Origin: an uncultured Actinomycetes bacterium
GTDB lineage: Bacteria > Actinomycetota > Thermoleophilia > Gaiellales > JAICJC01
Length of the DNA: 64,000 bases
Direction: 5' to 3'
NCBI GenBank assembly: GCA_963708725.1
Contig: CAVPTL010000018.1
Span: 50,075-114,074 of the forward strand
Both the position numbers and the translations under genes were made by a program. Each line of letters begins with the position of its first letter. Position 1 is the first letter of the stretch. The notes below the pieces were generated by a model, which was given only the letters and a program-made list of their open reading frames with translations, ran no database searches and had not been told where the DNA came from. Below are positions 44,040 to 54,617 of this stretch, one piece after another.

Positions 44040-45845
44040 ATGATCATGTACGCCTTGCCAGCTGTCGTTGTGCTCCTCGCCGCCTCCGCCTTGGGGATCG
44101 CGCTGCACCGCCGTGGTTTGCGGGGCGGCAGCCACGCCGCGCTGGAACCGTTCGAGCAGGTGTTGACCGATGTTCCGCTGCTGTTTGCGCTGGTCGACAC
44201 CGCAGGCGAGATCGTGTTTGCCAACGAACGGCTCGCGCAGCTCACGGGCTGGTCGCGGCGCGAACTCCTCGGCCGGCGCTGGGACGCGACCTTCGGCTCG
44301 GGGCTGGTCGATGTTCAGCGGCGACTGGCAACGCTGACCGCCGGGACAGCCCCGCCCGAGGTCGAAAACCTGCTCATCACCCGATCCGGCGATCATCGCG
44401 TCGTGTCGTGGAGCGACACCATCACCATGGACGCCGGTGGCCAGGTCACCGGCATCGGCCGGATCGGAACCGACATCACGAGTCGCCGAAACGCCGAGGA
44501 TAGGGTCGCCTACCTCGCGCGCTACGACGAGCTGACCGGGCTACCCAACCGCTCGCTCTTCTGTGACTGGGTGGATCTGGCGCTGCAGGAATCGAACCGT
44601 TACTCCCGCAGCGTCGCGGCGCTTTTGATCGATATCGACAACTTCAAGCTCGTCAACGAGAGCTTCGGGCACGCGGCCGCCGACGAGATCCTCAAAGCGT
44701 TCTCGCACCGGCTGCGCGATGCCGCGCTGGGCGCCGAGCTGGTGGCCCGGCATACGGGCGATGAGTTTCTCATCCTGCTCGCTGACACCGACACCCCTGA
44801 TGGCTCGACCGGAACCCACGATCATCCTGCCGATGTCGCCCAGATGGCCGAAGCGGTCGCCGGACGGCTGCGGCATTTGCTGAGGATTCCGTTCAAGTGC
44901 ATGGACGAAGAGGTCTATCTCACGGTGTCGGTCGGCTCCGCGCTCTATCCCCGTGACGCCGCCACCACCGACGACGTCCTGGCGCAGGCCCGCCTGGCCA
45001 TCGGCCGTCAGCGCATCCGAGCCGGCGCGGCCCGCGCCCTGGATGTCGGCCGGCTACCACCACGGCAGGAGATCTCGATGGTGGCCCGGCTTCATCGCGC
45101 GATCGAGAGCGAGCAGTTCTTGCTGCGATACCAGCCGGTGGTCGAGCTCAACACCGGCCGGATTCGCGGCGCAGAGGCGCTGATCCGGTGGCAGCCGCCC
45201 GGCGGTGACCTGATTCCGCCCGTGGAGTTCATCCCGCTGGCCGAGCGCAGCGGCCTGATCGGGCCGATCACGTCGTGGGTGGTCGACCAGGTGTGCCGGC
45301 AGCACGTCGCGTGGCGGCAGCGGGGCATCGACATCGAGCTTGCGTTCAACCTCCCGGTCACCCTGTGGGAACCGGCCGCCATCCGCAACATGCTGCAGCT
45401 GATCCGAAGCCATGGGATCGCACCTCCCGACCTCCTGATCGAGGTGACGGAGTCCACCGCAATGCGGCAAACGGCCGACAACGAGGCCGTTCTGCGCATG
45501 ATCGGCTCGGCCGGGCTGCGGCTCGCGCTGGATGACTTCGGCACCGGCCACTCATCACTTGCGCGGCTCAAGCAGATGCCGGCGACCACGCTCAAGATCG
45601 ACCGCTCGTTTGTGCGTGACCTTCCCGAGGACGACGACTCCGCGGCGCTGGTGGTCGCGATCGTCCAGCTCTCGCGTAACCTCGGCATGGAACCCCTCGC
45701 CGAGGGCATCGAGACCGAGGAACAGTGGGCGTTCCTGCGGGATGTCGGCTGCACGCTGGGCCAGGGCTATCTGCTTTCGCAACCGGTTTCGCCCGAGGAG
45801 GTCGAGGCACTGTGGTCACGCTCGCGGCTCGACCGCGCTGCGTAG
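44040..45845 (+). CDS. Membrane-anchored PAS-GGDEF-EAL signalling protein (c-di-GMP turnover)
   Basis: N-terminal TM (MIMYALPAVVVLLAASALGIAL), PAS (IVFANERLAQLTGWSRRELLG), GGDEF domain with TGDEF at the active-site position, and an intact EAL domain (EALIRW, DDFGTGHSSL, KIDRSF, EGIET, GQGYL). The track GTG at 44004 is an alternative. Confidence 0.85.
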   Translation: MIMYALPAVVVLLAASALGIALHRRGLRGGSHAALEPFEQVLTDVPLLFALVDTAGEIVFANERLAQLTGWSRRELLGRRWDATFGSGLVDVQRRLATLTAGTAPPEVENLLITRSGDHRVVSWSDTITMDAGGQVTGIGRIGTDITSRRNAEDRVAYLARYDELTGLPNRSLFCDWVDLALQESNRYSRSVAALLIDIDNFKLVNESFGHAAADEILKAFSHRLRDAALGAELVARHTGDEFLILLADTDTPDGSTGTHDHPADVAQMAEAVAGRLRHLLRIPFKCMDEEVYLTVSVGSALYPRDAATTDDVLAQARLAIGRQRIRAGAARALDVGRLPPRQEISMVARLHRAIESEQFLLRYQPVVELNTGRIRGAEALIRWQPPGGDLIPPVEFIPLAERSGLIGPITSWVVDQVCRQHVAWRQRGIDIELAFNLPVTLWEPAAIRNMLQLIRSHGIAPPDLLIEVTESTAMRQTADNEAVLRMIGSAGLRLALDDFGTGHSSLARLKQMPATTLKIDRSFVRDLPEDDDSAALVVAIVQLSRNLGMEPLAEGIETEEQWAFLRDVGCTLGQGYLLSQPVSPEEVEALWSRSRLDRAA

Positions 45846-45854
45846 CCGGTGTCC

Positions 45855-46730
45855 TTACTCGGCCTGCACCGGGGGAGCCTGGAGGCCGCGGAGATAGTCG
45901 GCAGCCGCCATCCGGCGCTTGCCCGCCGGCTGTAGCTCGAGGATCTCGTACTCACCGGCGCCGCAGGCCACGCGCAGTGGTGGGTCAACCCGGCCGGGAC
46001 GTCCCCCCTCGCCCGCATGTGGACGACCGCTCCAGACCAGTACCGGCCGCCCGTCGAGTTCGGTGCGAGCGCCGATATCCGGCGCCAGTGCGCGCACCGT
46101 GCGGTCGATCTCGACGCTCGGGCGCGTCCAGTCGAGCCGCCGGTCAGCGGCGGTGATCTTGGAGGCGTAGGTCACACCAACGCCTTCCTGCGGCGTCGCG
46201 GTGGTCTCTCCTCGCAGAGCCGCGGCCAACAGCGGAACTGCGAGCTCGAGCGCCCGCCGCCGGATGGTTCCCGCGTCGTCCTGGGGACCGACCGCAATCG
46301 GCGCGATCCCGTGGATGGGCCCCGCGTCCAGCTCCTCGGCGATCTCGATCACGCACACGCCGGTGGTGTCGTCGCCGGCCATGATTGCGCGCTCCACGGG
46401 AGCTGCGCCCCGCCACCGGGGAAGCAGCGACGGGTGGATGTTGTAGAGCGGGAATGCGTGCAACAGCGGTGGCCGCACCAGCTGTCCGAAGGCAACCACC
46501 GCTCCGGCGTCTGCGGGCGGCGGCGACGCACTGGCATCGTCGGTCTGGATCAGCTCGATGCCGAGCTCGCGCGCGCGGCGCGCAACCGGCGGAGGCTGCG
46601 GATTTCGGCCGCGACCGGCACGACGGTCGGGCTGCGAGACGACCCACGCCACATCGATACCCGCGGTCGCCACCAGCAGGTCGAGCGCGTCGGCACCGAA
46701 CTCCGAGGTGCCGAAGAACGCGACCTTCAA
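45855..46730 (-). CDS. fmt: Methionyl-tRNA formyltransferase
   Basis: KVAFFGTSEFG, NIHPSLLPRWRGAAP. The TTG start overlaps the def stop (TTGA). Confidence 0.9.
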   Translation of the reverse strand: MKVAFFGTSEFGADALDLLVATAGIDVAWVVSQPDRRAGRGRNPQPPPVARRARELGIELIQTDDASASPPPADAGAVVAFGQLVRPPLLHAFPLYNIHPSLLPRWRGAAPVERAIMAGDDTTGVCVIEIAEELDAGPIHGIAPIAVGPQDDAGTIRRRALELAVPLLAAALRGETTATPQEGVGVTYASKITAADRRLDWTRPSVEIDRTVRALAPDIGARTELDGRPVLVWSGRPHAGEGGRPGRVDPPLRVACGAGEYEILELQPAGKRRMAAADYLRGLQAPPVQAE

Positions 46731-47305
46731 CTCAACCGGAGCTCGCGCAGAGCCACGCGACGATCGTCCTTGGTCGCGCGGTCGATGATCAGCACTCCAT
46801 CCAGGTGATCAACCTCGTGCTGGAGAATCCGGGCCTCCATGCCCTCGGCCTCGATCCGAAGCGGGGCGCCCTCGATGTCGATGCCGGTCGCGACCAGCCG
46901 CACCGAGCGCTCAACGGGGACGAGCAGATCTCCACCGAGCAGCGACAGGCAGCCCTCGGTATCGGTCTCGGTCTCATCAGACAGCTCCGACAGCTCCGGA
47001 TTGATCAGCACCACCGGCGTGTCATCGTCGCGACGGCGGTACACCAGCACGCGCCGCAGCACCCCGATCTGGGGAGCCGCCAGGCCGACGCCGTGAGAGT
47101 CGTGCATGATCGTCGACATGCGCTCGGCCAGACGTCGCACCTCGGGGTCGATGTCGCCGATCGGATTGGCCGGAATTCGCAGCGCCGCGTCGGGATACTG
47201 CCGTACCAGGCGGCGGGCAGCGTCGTGGTGCGCGCGGCGCTCCTCGGCGCTGGGGCCCGATTCGACCTCGCCGTCGATCTGCTCTTGAACCTGTTCTTCA
47301 GCCAC
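46727..47305 (-). CDS. def: Peptide deformylase
   Basis: GVGLAAPQIG, EGCLS, QHEVDHLDG. Confidence 0.9.
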   Translation of the reverse strand: MAEEQVQEQIDGEVESGPSAEERRAHHDAARRLVRQYPDAALRIPANPIGDIDPEVRRLAERMSTIMHDSHGVGLAAPQIGVLRRVLVYRRRDDDTPVVLINPELSELSDETETDTEGCLSLLGGDLLVPVERSVRLVATGIDIEGAPLRIEAEGMEARILQHEVDHLDGVLIIDRATKDDRRVALRELRLS

Positions 47306-47314
47306 GTTTAAAGT

Positions 47315-47860
47315 CTACCGCCGGGCGATCTCGTCAGCCGCCGCGACCTCGGCATACCCATCCGCCAACGCTGCCACGAACGCGGTGTGGACATCGGCCG
47401 CGGGAACCTGGCGGCCCTCGAACTCGAGCGGCATCGTCGCACACGCATCGTGTGCCAACGCGACCGAGAAACCGAGGTCGACCGCGGCCCGCACGGTGGC
47501 GTCCACGCACATGCTCGTCATCATCCCGCACACAACCAGGTCGGTGACATCGCCGGAGCGCAGATGCTGCTCGAGCGGTGTCTCCAGAAACGCGTTGGGA
47601 TGCGCCTTTGCAAAAATCTGCTCGCCGTCTGCGGGGGCAACCCGTTCATTGATCTCGACGCCGGGCGATCCCGGCACCATGAAGGTCGCGTCGGCGGCAT
47701 CCCACACGTGCTGGATGTGGACGACCTCGAGCCCCCGCATCCGGAACGATTGCAGCAGAAGGCGAGCCTGGTCGGCGGCCGCCTCGGGGCCTTCCAGCGG
47801 GTTTGCTCCGCCGGGAAAGTAGTCATTTTGGATATCCACGATCACGAGTGCTTGAGTCAT
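47315..47860 (-). CDS. Isochorismatase-family cysteine hydrolase
   Basis: ALVIVDIQNDYF, DLVVCGMMTSMCVDATVR (catalytic Cys block). Confidence 0.8.
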   Translation of the reverse strand: MTQALVIVDIQNDYFPGGANPLEGPEAAADQARLLLQSFRMRGLEVVHIQHVWDAADATFMVPGSPGVEINERVAPADGEQIFAKAHPNAFLETPLEQHLRSGDVTDLVVCGMMTSMCVDATVRAAVDLGFSVALAHDACATMPLEFEGRQVPAADVHTAFVAALADGYAEVAAADEIARR

Positions 47861-47876
47861 GCGGCGGACAATACCG

Positions 47877-49811
47877 TTACAGCAGCGTCTGGGGATCGAC
47901 GTCCAGCGTGGCGGTTGCCCCAGCCCGGCGCAGGTCGGCGGAGAGCTGGCGCATCATGTCGCGAAAGACGGCGGCACAGCGGCGGGTCTGGTCGGTCTTG
48001 ATGAGCGCGTGGGAGCGTTCGCGATCGCGGATTCGGGGAAGCGGCGCCGGGCCGAGGATGACGTCGCCGTCGAGCTGCGGTCGGGCGGCGGTCAGCAGCG
48101 CCTGGAGGGCGCCCACGGCGACCTCGGCGTCGGGTGCCGTCACGAGCACCCGAACCAGCCGCTTGTACGGCGGGTAGCCGAGCTCTTTTCGACGCTCCAG
48201 CTCCCCGGTCAGAAACTCTTCGACCGCATGCCGAGCCGCCAGGGCGATCGGGCGAAGCTCGGGGTTCCAGGTCTGGACGATCACAGTGCCGGTCGGGTCT
48301 CCCGGCCGCCCGGGCCGCCCCGAGAGCTGCGTGAGCAGCGCGAACGTCCGCTCCTCCGCGCGAAAGTCGGGCATCGCGAGGCCGACATCGGCGTCGAGCA
48401 CCGCCGCCAGCTGGACTCCGGCCACATCGTGACCTTTCGCCACCAGCTGAGTACCGACGAGCACGCCCCGCGATGACTCCGAGAACCGCGCCAATGTCGC
48501 CTCCGGCTCTCCCGCCCGGGCGGCGATGTCGGCGTCCAGCCGGATCACGTCGAGTCGCGGAAACCGCAGGTTCAGCTCGCGCTCGATCGCCACCGTCCCC
48601 GACCCGATCTGGGCGAGGTCGACCGAGCCGCAGTTGGGACAGGCCCGTGGCCGACGCTCACTGTGCCCGCAGTGATGGCAGCGCAGCTGTGCGCCGTGGA
48701 GCGTCAGTGACACGTCGCAGCGCGGGCACCGCCAGCTGGTCGCACACGAACGGCAGTGCAGTGCCGAGGCCGATCCCCGGCGGTTTTGCAGCAGGATGGC
48801 CCGGCCACCGTGATCCTCGATCTTTGCCAACGCGTCGACCAGCGGGCGAGTGAGCGGATAGCCGCCGTCGCTTCGCAGATCGACGGTCATCACCCGCGGC
48901 AGGCCGGCACCGCCGATGCGCGCCGGCAGCGTCACCCGCCGCGATATTCGCAGCCACGATTCGGGACGCGGGGTCGCACTGCCGAAGATCGCAACCGCAC
49001 CCTCCAGGCGGGCGCGTTTGACGGCGACCCGCCGAGCGTCGTAGCGCGGATCGGCCTCGTGCTTGTAGGACGCGTCGTGCTCCTCGTCGACGACGATCAC
49101 CCCGAGTCCCGGAGCCGCGGCGAAGACCGCCGACCGCGCTCCGACCACCACACGAGCCTCCCCCGCGGCGATCCGGCGGTGCTCGTCGCCCCGTCGTGCG
49201 GGCGTGAGGCCGGAGTGCAGAACCGCGACGGTTGGGCCGAACCGTGCTCGGAAGCGCCGAGCGGTCTGGGGAGTGAGGGCGATCTCGGGCACCAGCACGA
49301 TGGCGGATCGTCCCAGTGCCAGCGCCCGCTCGATCACCCGGAGGTACAGCTCGGTTTTGCCCGAGCCGGTCACGCCGTGGACGAGCACCTCTCCACCGCC
49401 CGCGTCGAGCACCTCGAGGCACACACCGACCGCGGCCTCCTGTTCGCTGGTGAGCGTCACCGGTGCTTGCGGCGGTACTGCGGGAACCGGCTTGAGCGCA
49501 CGCTTGGCCGGCTTCGGCGGCTGCACCAGCGCAAGCGCGCGGGCCGTCGTCGATCCACACTCGGCGGCGATCCACTCGGCCAGATCCACCAGCGCCGGCG
49601 CCAGTTGACCCTGGACCGCCTCGATCGGCTTCAGATCATCATCAGAGCCGTCGGTGACCTCGGCCACCACCGCTGTGACCGACCGCGCCCCGAACTCGAC
49701 CTGCACCAACGAGCCGCGCCGCAGCTCGCCGATCAGCTCAGCGGGGACCGCGTAGTCGAAGCTTCGATCGACCGCTCGGGCTGTGACGAGCGGCCAGCAG
49801 CGTGCAATCAA
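47877..49811 (-). CDS. priA: Primosomal protein N' (replication restart helicase PriA)
   Basis: [15 protein letters not shown], Cys-rich Zn-binding insert [31 protein letters not shown]...CPNCGS. The TTG start overlaps the metK stop. Confidence 0.9.
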   Translation of the reverse strand: MIARCWPLVTARAVDRSFDYAVPAELIGELRRGSLVQVEFGARSVTAVVAEVTDGSDDDLKPIEAVQGQLAPALVDLAEWIAAECGSTTARALALVQPPKPAKRALKPVPAVPPQAPVTLTSEQEAAVGVCLEVLDAGGGEVLVHGVTGSGKTELYLRVIERALALGRSAIVLVPEIALTPQTARRFRARFGPTVAVLHSGLTPARRGDEHRRIAAGEARVVVGARSAVFAAAPGLGVIVVDEEHDASYKHEADPRYDARRVAVKRARLEGAVAIFGSATPRPESWLRISRRVTLPARIGGAGLPRVMTVDLRSDGGYPLTRPLVDALAKIEDHGGRAILLQNRRGSASALHCRSCATSWRCPRCDVSLTLHGAQLRCHHCGHSERRPRACPNCGSVDLAQIGSGTVAIERELNLRFPRLDVIRLDADIAARAGEPEATLARFSESSRGVLVGTQLVAKGHDVAGVQLAAVLDADVGLAMPDFRAEERTFALLTQLSGRPGRPGDPTGTVIVQTWNPELRPIALAARHAVEEFLTGELERRKELGYPPYKRLVRVLVTAPDAEVAVGALQALLTAARPQLDGDVILGPAPLPRIRDRERSHALIKTDQTRRCAAVFRDMMRQLSADLRRAGATATLDVDPQTLL

Positions 49812-51064
49812 CGCGCAGCGCTGGCGGGCTCGCTCAGGCCGCAGGCGGCTCGCAGCGCCCCAGCTCGGTCGGTGCGCTCCCAGGTAAACCCATCGCCCTC
49901 ACGACCAAAATGCCCGTACGACGCGGTGGCGCGATACACGGGCCGCAGCAGATCGAGATCTCGGATGATCGCCGCCGGTCGCAGATCGAACACCTCGCCG
50001 ATCGCGCGCTCGATCCGCTCGCGGTCGACCTGCTCGGTGCCAAACGTCTCGACCGACACCGACACCGGGTGGGCGACACCGATCGCGTAGGCGACCTGCA
50101 CCTCGACCCGGCCGGCAAGCCCGGCAGCAACGATGTTCTTGGCCACCCAGCGCATCGCATACGCCGCCGACCGATCGACCTTGGAGGGATCCTTGCCGGA
50201 AAACGCCCCGCCGCCGTGACGGGCCGCCCCGCCATAGGTGTCGACGATGATCTTCCGGCCGGTGAGGCCGGTGTCTCCCATCGGACCGCCGGTCACAAAT
50301 CGACCGGTGGGATTCACCAGCACGAAGTCGGGCTCGGTATATCGCTCCGGCGGGCACAGCTCCTCCGACAGTTCCGGGCGCAGCACGTGCTCGGTCACGT
50401 CGGTCTTGATCTGCTCCACCGAGATGTCGGGATCGTGCTGGGTGGAGACCAGCAGGCGTTCGACCTGCACCGGTACGAAACTCCCGCCGATCGAGCGGTA
50501 GCGGACGGTGACCTGTGCCTTACCGTCGGGTCGCAGGTAGCGCAGCGGACCCTGTTTACGGACGGTGGCCAGGCGCCGGGTGATGCGATGGGCCAGCATC
50601 AGCGGCAACGGCATCAACTCCGGGGTCTCGTCGGTCGCGTAGCCGAACATCATGCCCTGGTCGCCGGCGCCCTGGGCATCGACGTCGGCCAGGGCGCGAT
50701 CGTGCTGCTGCTCGTAGGACGAGTGGACACCGCGGAGGATGTCGGAGGACTGCTCGTCCAGCGCCACCACCACCCCGCAGGTGGCGTAGTCGAACCCAAA
50801 CGACGCATCGGTGTAGCCGATATCCCGTACGGTTTCGCGGACGAGCCGCGGGATATCCACGTACGCCTCGGTCGTTATCTCACCCGCAACCACCACCAAG
50901 CCGGTGGTGATCAGTACCTCGCATGCGACGTGGGCCGACGGGTCGCGCCGCAGCACCTCGTCGAGCACCCCATCCGAAATCTGGTCGGCGATCTTGTCGG
51001 GATGACCTTCGGTCACCGACTCCGAGGTGAACAGAAACTCGCCGGGTCCCAGGTCTCGATTCAT
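49808..51064 (-). CDS. metK: S-adenosylmethionine synthase
   Basis: [34 protein letters not shown]. Confidence 0.95.
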   Translation of the reverse strand: MNRDLGPGEFLFTSESVTEGHPDKIADQISDGVLDEVLRRDPSAHVACEVLITTGLVVVAGEITTEAYVDIPRLVRETVRDIGYTDASFGFDYATCGVVVALDEQSSDILRGVHSSYEQQHDRALADVDAQGAGDQGMMFGYATDETPELMPLPLMLAHRITRRLATVRKQGPLRYLRPDGKAQVTVRYRSIGGSFVPVQVERLLVSTQHDPDISVEQIKTDVTEHVLRPELSEELCPPERYTEPDFVLVNPTGRFVTGGPMGDTGLTGRKIIVDTYGGAARHGGGAFSGKDPSKVDRSAAYAMRWVAKNIVAAGLAGRVEVQVAYAIGVAHPVSVSVETFGTEQVDRERIERAIGEVFDLRPAAIIRDLDLLRPVYRATASYGHFGREGDGFTWERTDRAGALRAACGLSEPASAAR

Positions 51065-51092
51065 CCCAGAATCGTATCCGAAGTCAGGCCAA

Positions 51093-52079
51093 TCATCCCT
51101 CGACCGGATCGTCAGCCATCAGCTCGGTCAACGCCCGCAACGGATCCTTCCCCTCGAAGGCGATCGCGCACACCACATTGGTGATCGGCAGCTCGAGGCC
51201 ACGGCCGAGGGCGATCTCGCGCAGCACAGGGGCGGTCGTGAGTCCCTCTGCCACCTGGCCGATCTCGGACTCGATCCATCCCGCGGGCACGCCCTGGGCG
51301 AGCAGCTCCCCGGCGCGGCGGTTGCGCGAATGCCGAGACGTACACGTCGCCACCAGGTCGCCCATCCCCGCCATGCCGCCGTAGGTCGCGCGATCGGCGC
51401 CAAACTCCGCACCCAGACGGTACATCTCGGCCATCCCGCGGGTGATGATGGCCGCCTTGGCGTTGTCGCCAAAGCCCAGGCCGTCCGAGATTCCCGCGGT
51501 CAGCCCAATCACGTTCTTGGTGGCGCCGCACAGCTCCACCCCGACCACGTCCTGTGACGCATCCACCCGCAGGAGCCGGCTCGAGATCGCCGCCTGCAGA
51601 TCGCGCGCCAGCGCAATGTCGGCCGCCGCGATCACCGACGCCATCGGGAAGTCGCGGGCGACCTCCTCCGCGTGATTGGGGCCCGACAGCACCGCCACCC
51701 GGTGATCACCGATCAGCGCGGCGGCGAGCTGGGAGAGGCGCTTACCCGACGACGGATCAAGTCCCTTGGTCATCGAGAGCAGCACCGTGTCGGTTCCGAT
51801 TCGCTCCCCGATACCGTCGATCACGCCGGCAAAGGCCCGGCTGGGAACCGCGATCGCGACCACGTCGACATCACTCAGGTCAGCGCTGGCATGGTCGGCG
51901 GCCGCGATCGATTCGGGCAGGGCGATGTCGAACAGGTACCGCGGATTGCGATGGTAGGAGTTGATTGCGTCGGCCTGCTCGGGCCCGCGGCAGACCATCA
52001 GCACCTCGTGGCCCTCGTTGGCGATCAGCCTCGAAAACGCGGTGCCCCAGGTGCCACACCCGAGCACCGCGATCTTCAC
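51093..52079 (-). CDS. gpsA: NAD(P)H-dependent glycerol-3-phosphate dehydrogenase
   Basis: GTG 52079 in GTGA overlap with the der stop. [26 protein letters not shown]. The track extension to 52493 is out-of-frame der. Confidence 0.9.
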   Translation of the reverse strand: MKIAVLGCGTWGTAFSRLIANEGHEVLMVCRGPEQADAINSYHRNPRYLFDIALPESIAAADHASADLSDVDVVAIAVPSRAFAGVIDGIGERIGTDTVLLSMTKGLDPSSGKRLSQLAAALIGDHRVAVLSGPNHAEEVARDFPMASVIAAADIALARDLQAAISSRLLRVDASQDVVGVELCGATKNVIGLTAGISDGLGFGDNAKAAIITRGMAEMYRLGAEFGADRATYGGMAGMGDLVATCTSRHSRNRRAGELLAQGVPAGWIESEIGQVAEGLTTAPVLREIALGRGLELPITNVVCAIAFEGKDPLRALTELMADDPVEG

Positions 52080-53428
52080 GAGCGGTCTCGGCTGACGAAG
52101 TCGATGATCACCGGAACGCCATCGAGTCCCAACCGCGCGCGCAGCTGATTCTCGACGTAGTAGGCGTAATCGCGGGTCACCAGGGTGCGATCGTTGACGA
52201 ACAGCCGAAAGCGGGGCGGCCGCACCTGGTACTGCGTGCCATACAGGAGGTTCAACCGCTTGCGGCCGCGGCGCGGAGGCTCCCGTCCGGCATCGATCTC
52301 GGCGATCACTCGATTCAGCCGCCCCGTGCCGATCCGCGAACAGTACGACTGGTAGAGCTCGGTGATGGTGTCGAGCATCCGATCGATGTTGCGACCGGTC
52401 AGCGACGAGGTGGTGACGATCGCCGGGCGCTGACGGAGCTTGCCGCTGAGCCGGTCGGCGGCGTCGTCGACCGTGACGGTGGAAATGTCCCACTTCGAGA
52501 GCACCACGAGCGTCGCGCAGCCCGCCTTGCGGGCGACGTCGGCGACCGACAGATCGCCCTCGGCAACCCCCTCACTCGAGTCGATCAGAACCAGTGCGAT
52601 GTCGGCTCGGTCGGCGGCCTCCATGGTTCGCACCTCGCTGTAGTACTCGATGCCCTGGCGATGACGGCGCTTTCGTCGAAGACCGGCCGTATCCACCAGG
52701 CGAAAGCGCTGATCGCCGCGGACGAAGCTGGTGTCGATCGGGTCGCGGGTTGTCCCCGGAACCGGTGAGACGATCACTCGCGGGCGGCCGAGAATCGCGT
52801 TCAGCAGCGAGGACTTGCCCACATTGGGGCGGCCGAGGATCGCCACGCGGATGTCGTCTGACTCCTGAAGGACACGGGAATTGCCATGGTCGCGCAGCTT
52901 CTCCACCACCAGGTCGAGCAGATCACCGCTGCCGCGGCCGTGGAGCGCCGACACTGCCACCGGCTCGCCCAGACCGAGACTGTGCAGCTCGAGCGCCCGC
53001 AGCTCGTGCTGGGAGTCGTCGAGCTTGTTGGCAACGACGATCACGGGGGTGCCCGAGCGGCGCAGAATGTTTGCGATCTCCTCGTCCCCGGCGGCCAGGC
53101 CGGCCCGCGCATCGATCACGAGCAGCACCACATCGGCCTCCGCCACAGCCTGGCGGGCCTGATCGGCGACGGCGGCCTGCATCGGCGTCTCGTCACCGGC
53201 ATCCACACCTCCGGTATCCACCAGCACGAAGAACTCTCCGGCCCATTCGCACACGACCTCGTTGCGGTCGCGGGTAACGCCCGGGCTCTCGTCGACCACG
53301 GTGCGGCGACTGGCGGTGAGACGGTTGATCAGCGTCGACTTGCCGGCGTTCGGGAATCCCACCACCGCCACGGATCCCAGGATCGTGCGCGGCTCGGGCG
53401 GTGGTGTCTCGGTCTCGTCGGTGCTCAT
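52076..53428 (-). CDS. der: Ribosome-biogenesis GTPase Der (EngA)
   Basis: Two G domains (GFPNAGKST..DTGG..NKLD; GRPNVGKSS..DTAG..SKWD) plus a KH-like C-terminus. Confidence 0.95.
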   Translation of the reverse strand: MSTDETETPPPEPRTILGSVAVVGFPNAGKSTLINRLTASRRTVVDESPGVTRDRNEVVCEWAGEFFVLVDTGGVDAGDETPMQAAVADQARQAVAEADVVLLVIDARAGLAAGDEEIANILRRSGTPVIVVANKLDDSQHELRALELHSLGLGEPVAVSALHGRGSGDLLDLVVEKLRDHGNSRVLQESDDIRVAILGRPNVGKSSLLNAILGRPRVIVSPVPGTTRDPIDTSFVRGDQRFRLVDTAGLRRKRRHRQGIEYYSEVRTMEAADRADIALVLIDSSEGVAEGDLSVADVARKAGCATLVVLSKWDISTVTVDDAADRLSGKLRQRPAIVTTSSLTGRNIDRMLDTITELYQSYCSRIGTGRLNRVIAEIDAGREPPRRGRKRLNLLYGTQYQVRPPRFRLFVNDRTLVTRDYAYYVENQLRARLGLDGVPVIIDFVSRDRS

Positions 53429-54039
53429 CGGGCCCTCTCGTACAACGCTTTGATGTCGGTCATCAGCTCGTCGGCCACCTCACGATAGGCGTCGCCGCGG
53501 CGGCGACCATCGACCCCGAAACGGCGAGGCGTGCCAAAGGCCACGTGCGCCCTTCGGCCGGGTCGCCATTTGCGTGTGCCCCGGATCGCGACGGGAATCA
53601 CGGTCACGTCTTCGACCACGGCCACCCGGCCGGCGCCGGCCTTGGCCTCGGCGATCTCGGCGTGGCGAGTGCCTTCGATGAAGATGGCGATCAACCCCTC
53701 GTCCTCAACGGTTTGGTGGACGATGCGCAGGGCTTCGCGGTCGGCCTCACCGCGGCGTACCGGAAATGCCCCGCCCCGGGCGATGAGCCAGCCGAACGGG
53801 CGGAAGCCGAACAGCTCGGACTTGGCCATGAAACGGATCGAGCGCGGCTGGGCATATCCGAGCACCGGAATGTCGAAGAAGGACTGATGGTTTGAGACCA
53901 GCAGCACCGCTCCCCGAGCCGGAATAGCGTCGCGGTCGTGGACGATCGGGCGAAACAGCACCCACACCGCGCCGGAGAACGCGAACCGCAGAAACCGCCA
54001 CGTCTGGTCGTGCACACGGGGATCATTGGGCACGTTCAC
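53425..54039 (-). CDS. plsC: 1-acyl-sn-glycerol-3-phosphate acyltransferase
   Basis: LVSNHQSFFDIPV (HX4D), FPVRRG, IFIEGTR. The GTG start overlaps the cmk stop. Confidence 0.85.
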   Translation of the reverse strand: MNVPNDPRVHDQTWRFLRFAFSGAVWVLFRPIVHDRDAIPARGAVLLVSNHQSFFDIPVLGYAQPRSIRFMAKSELFGFRPFGWLIARGGAFPVRRGEADREALRIVHQTVEDEGLIAIFIEGTRHAEIAEAKAGAGRVAVVEDVTVIPVAIRGTRKWRPGRRAHVAFGTPRRFGVDGRRRGDAYREVADELMTDIKALYERAR

Positions 54040-54617
54040 GCTGTCACCGCCCGGACGAGCGCCAGCACCTGCGCGGTGACCTCGTCCGCGTCGAGGAGGC
54101 CGGTATCCAGCACATGGGCATCCGGCGCCGGCGGCATCTGGGCCGCGTCGCGGCGATCGCGCTCGGCGATCGAGCGGGCCACATCTTCGACCGGCAGACC
54201 CAGGTCGCCCGCCCGCCGCTCTGCCCGAACCGTGACCGCGGCGGTCAGGTAGATCTTGACCGCCGCGTCGGGCCGCACCTGTGTGCCGGTATCGCGGCCC
54301 TCGAGCACGGCCGCGTCCCCCGCGAGGCTGCGTTGCAGCGCGCGCATCCGCTCCCGAACGAGGGGGTGCCTCGAGACCGAGCTGACCGCGGCCGAGATTC
54401 GCTCCGACCGCAGGTCTGTACCGGCCGCGGGCGGGGTGCCGACAAGCGCCGCGAGTGCAGCCTCGTCATCCACATCGGCGCCGCGCTCGAGCGCTGTGGC
54501 GGTCAGCTCGCGATACATCGAGCCGGTGTCGACGTACCGCACGCCAAGGTGTTCGGCGATCCGACGCGCGACGGTGCTCTTGCCCACGCCGGCCGGCCCA
54601 TCGATGGTCACGATCAT
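54036..54617 (-). CDS. cmk: Cytidylate kinase
   Basis: IVTIDGPAGVGKSTVARRIA..L...YVDTGSMYR. Confidence 0.9.
   Translation of the reverse strand: MIVTIDGPAGVGKSTVARRIAEHLGVRYVDTGSMYRELTATALERGADVDDEAALAALVGTPPAAGTDLRSERISAAVSSVSRHPLVRERMRALQRSLAGDAAVLEGRDTGTQVRPDAAVKIYLTAAVTVRAERRAGDLGLPVEDVARSIAERDRRDAAQMPPAPDAHVLDTGLLDADEVTAQVLALVRAVTA

Noticed and set aside
51065-51092. SAM riboswitch upstream of metK
   Set aside because: Only 28 nt separate the gpsA stop from the metK start.
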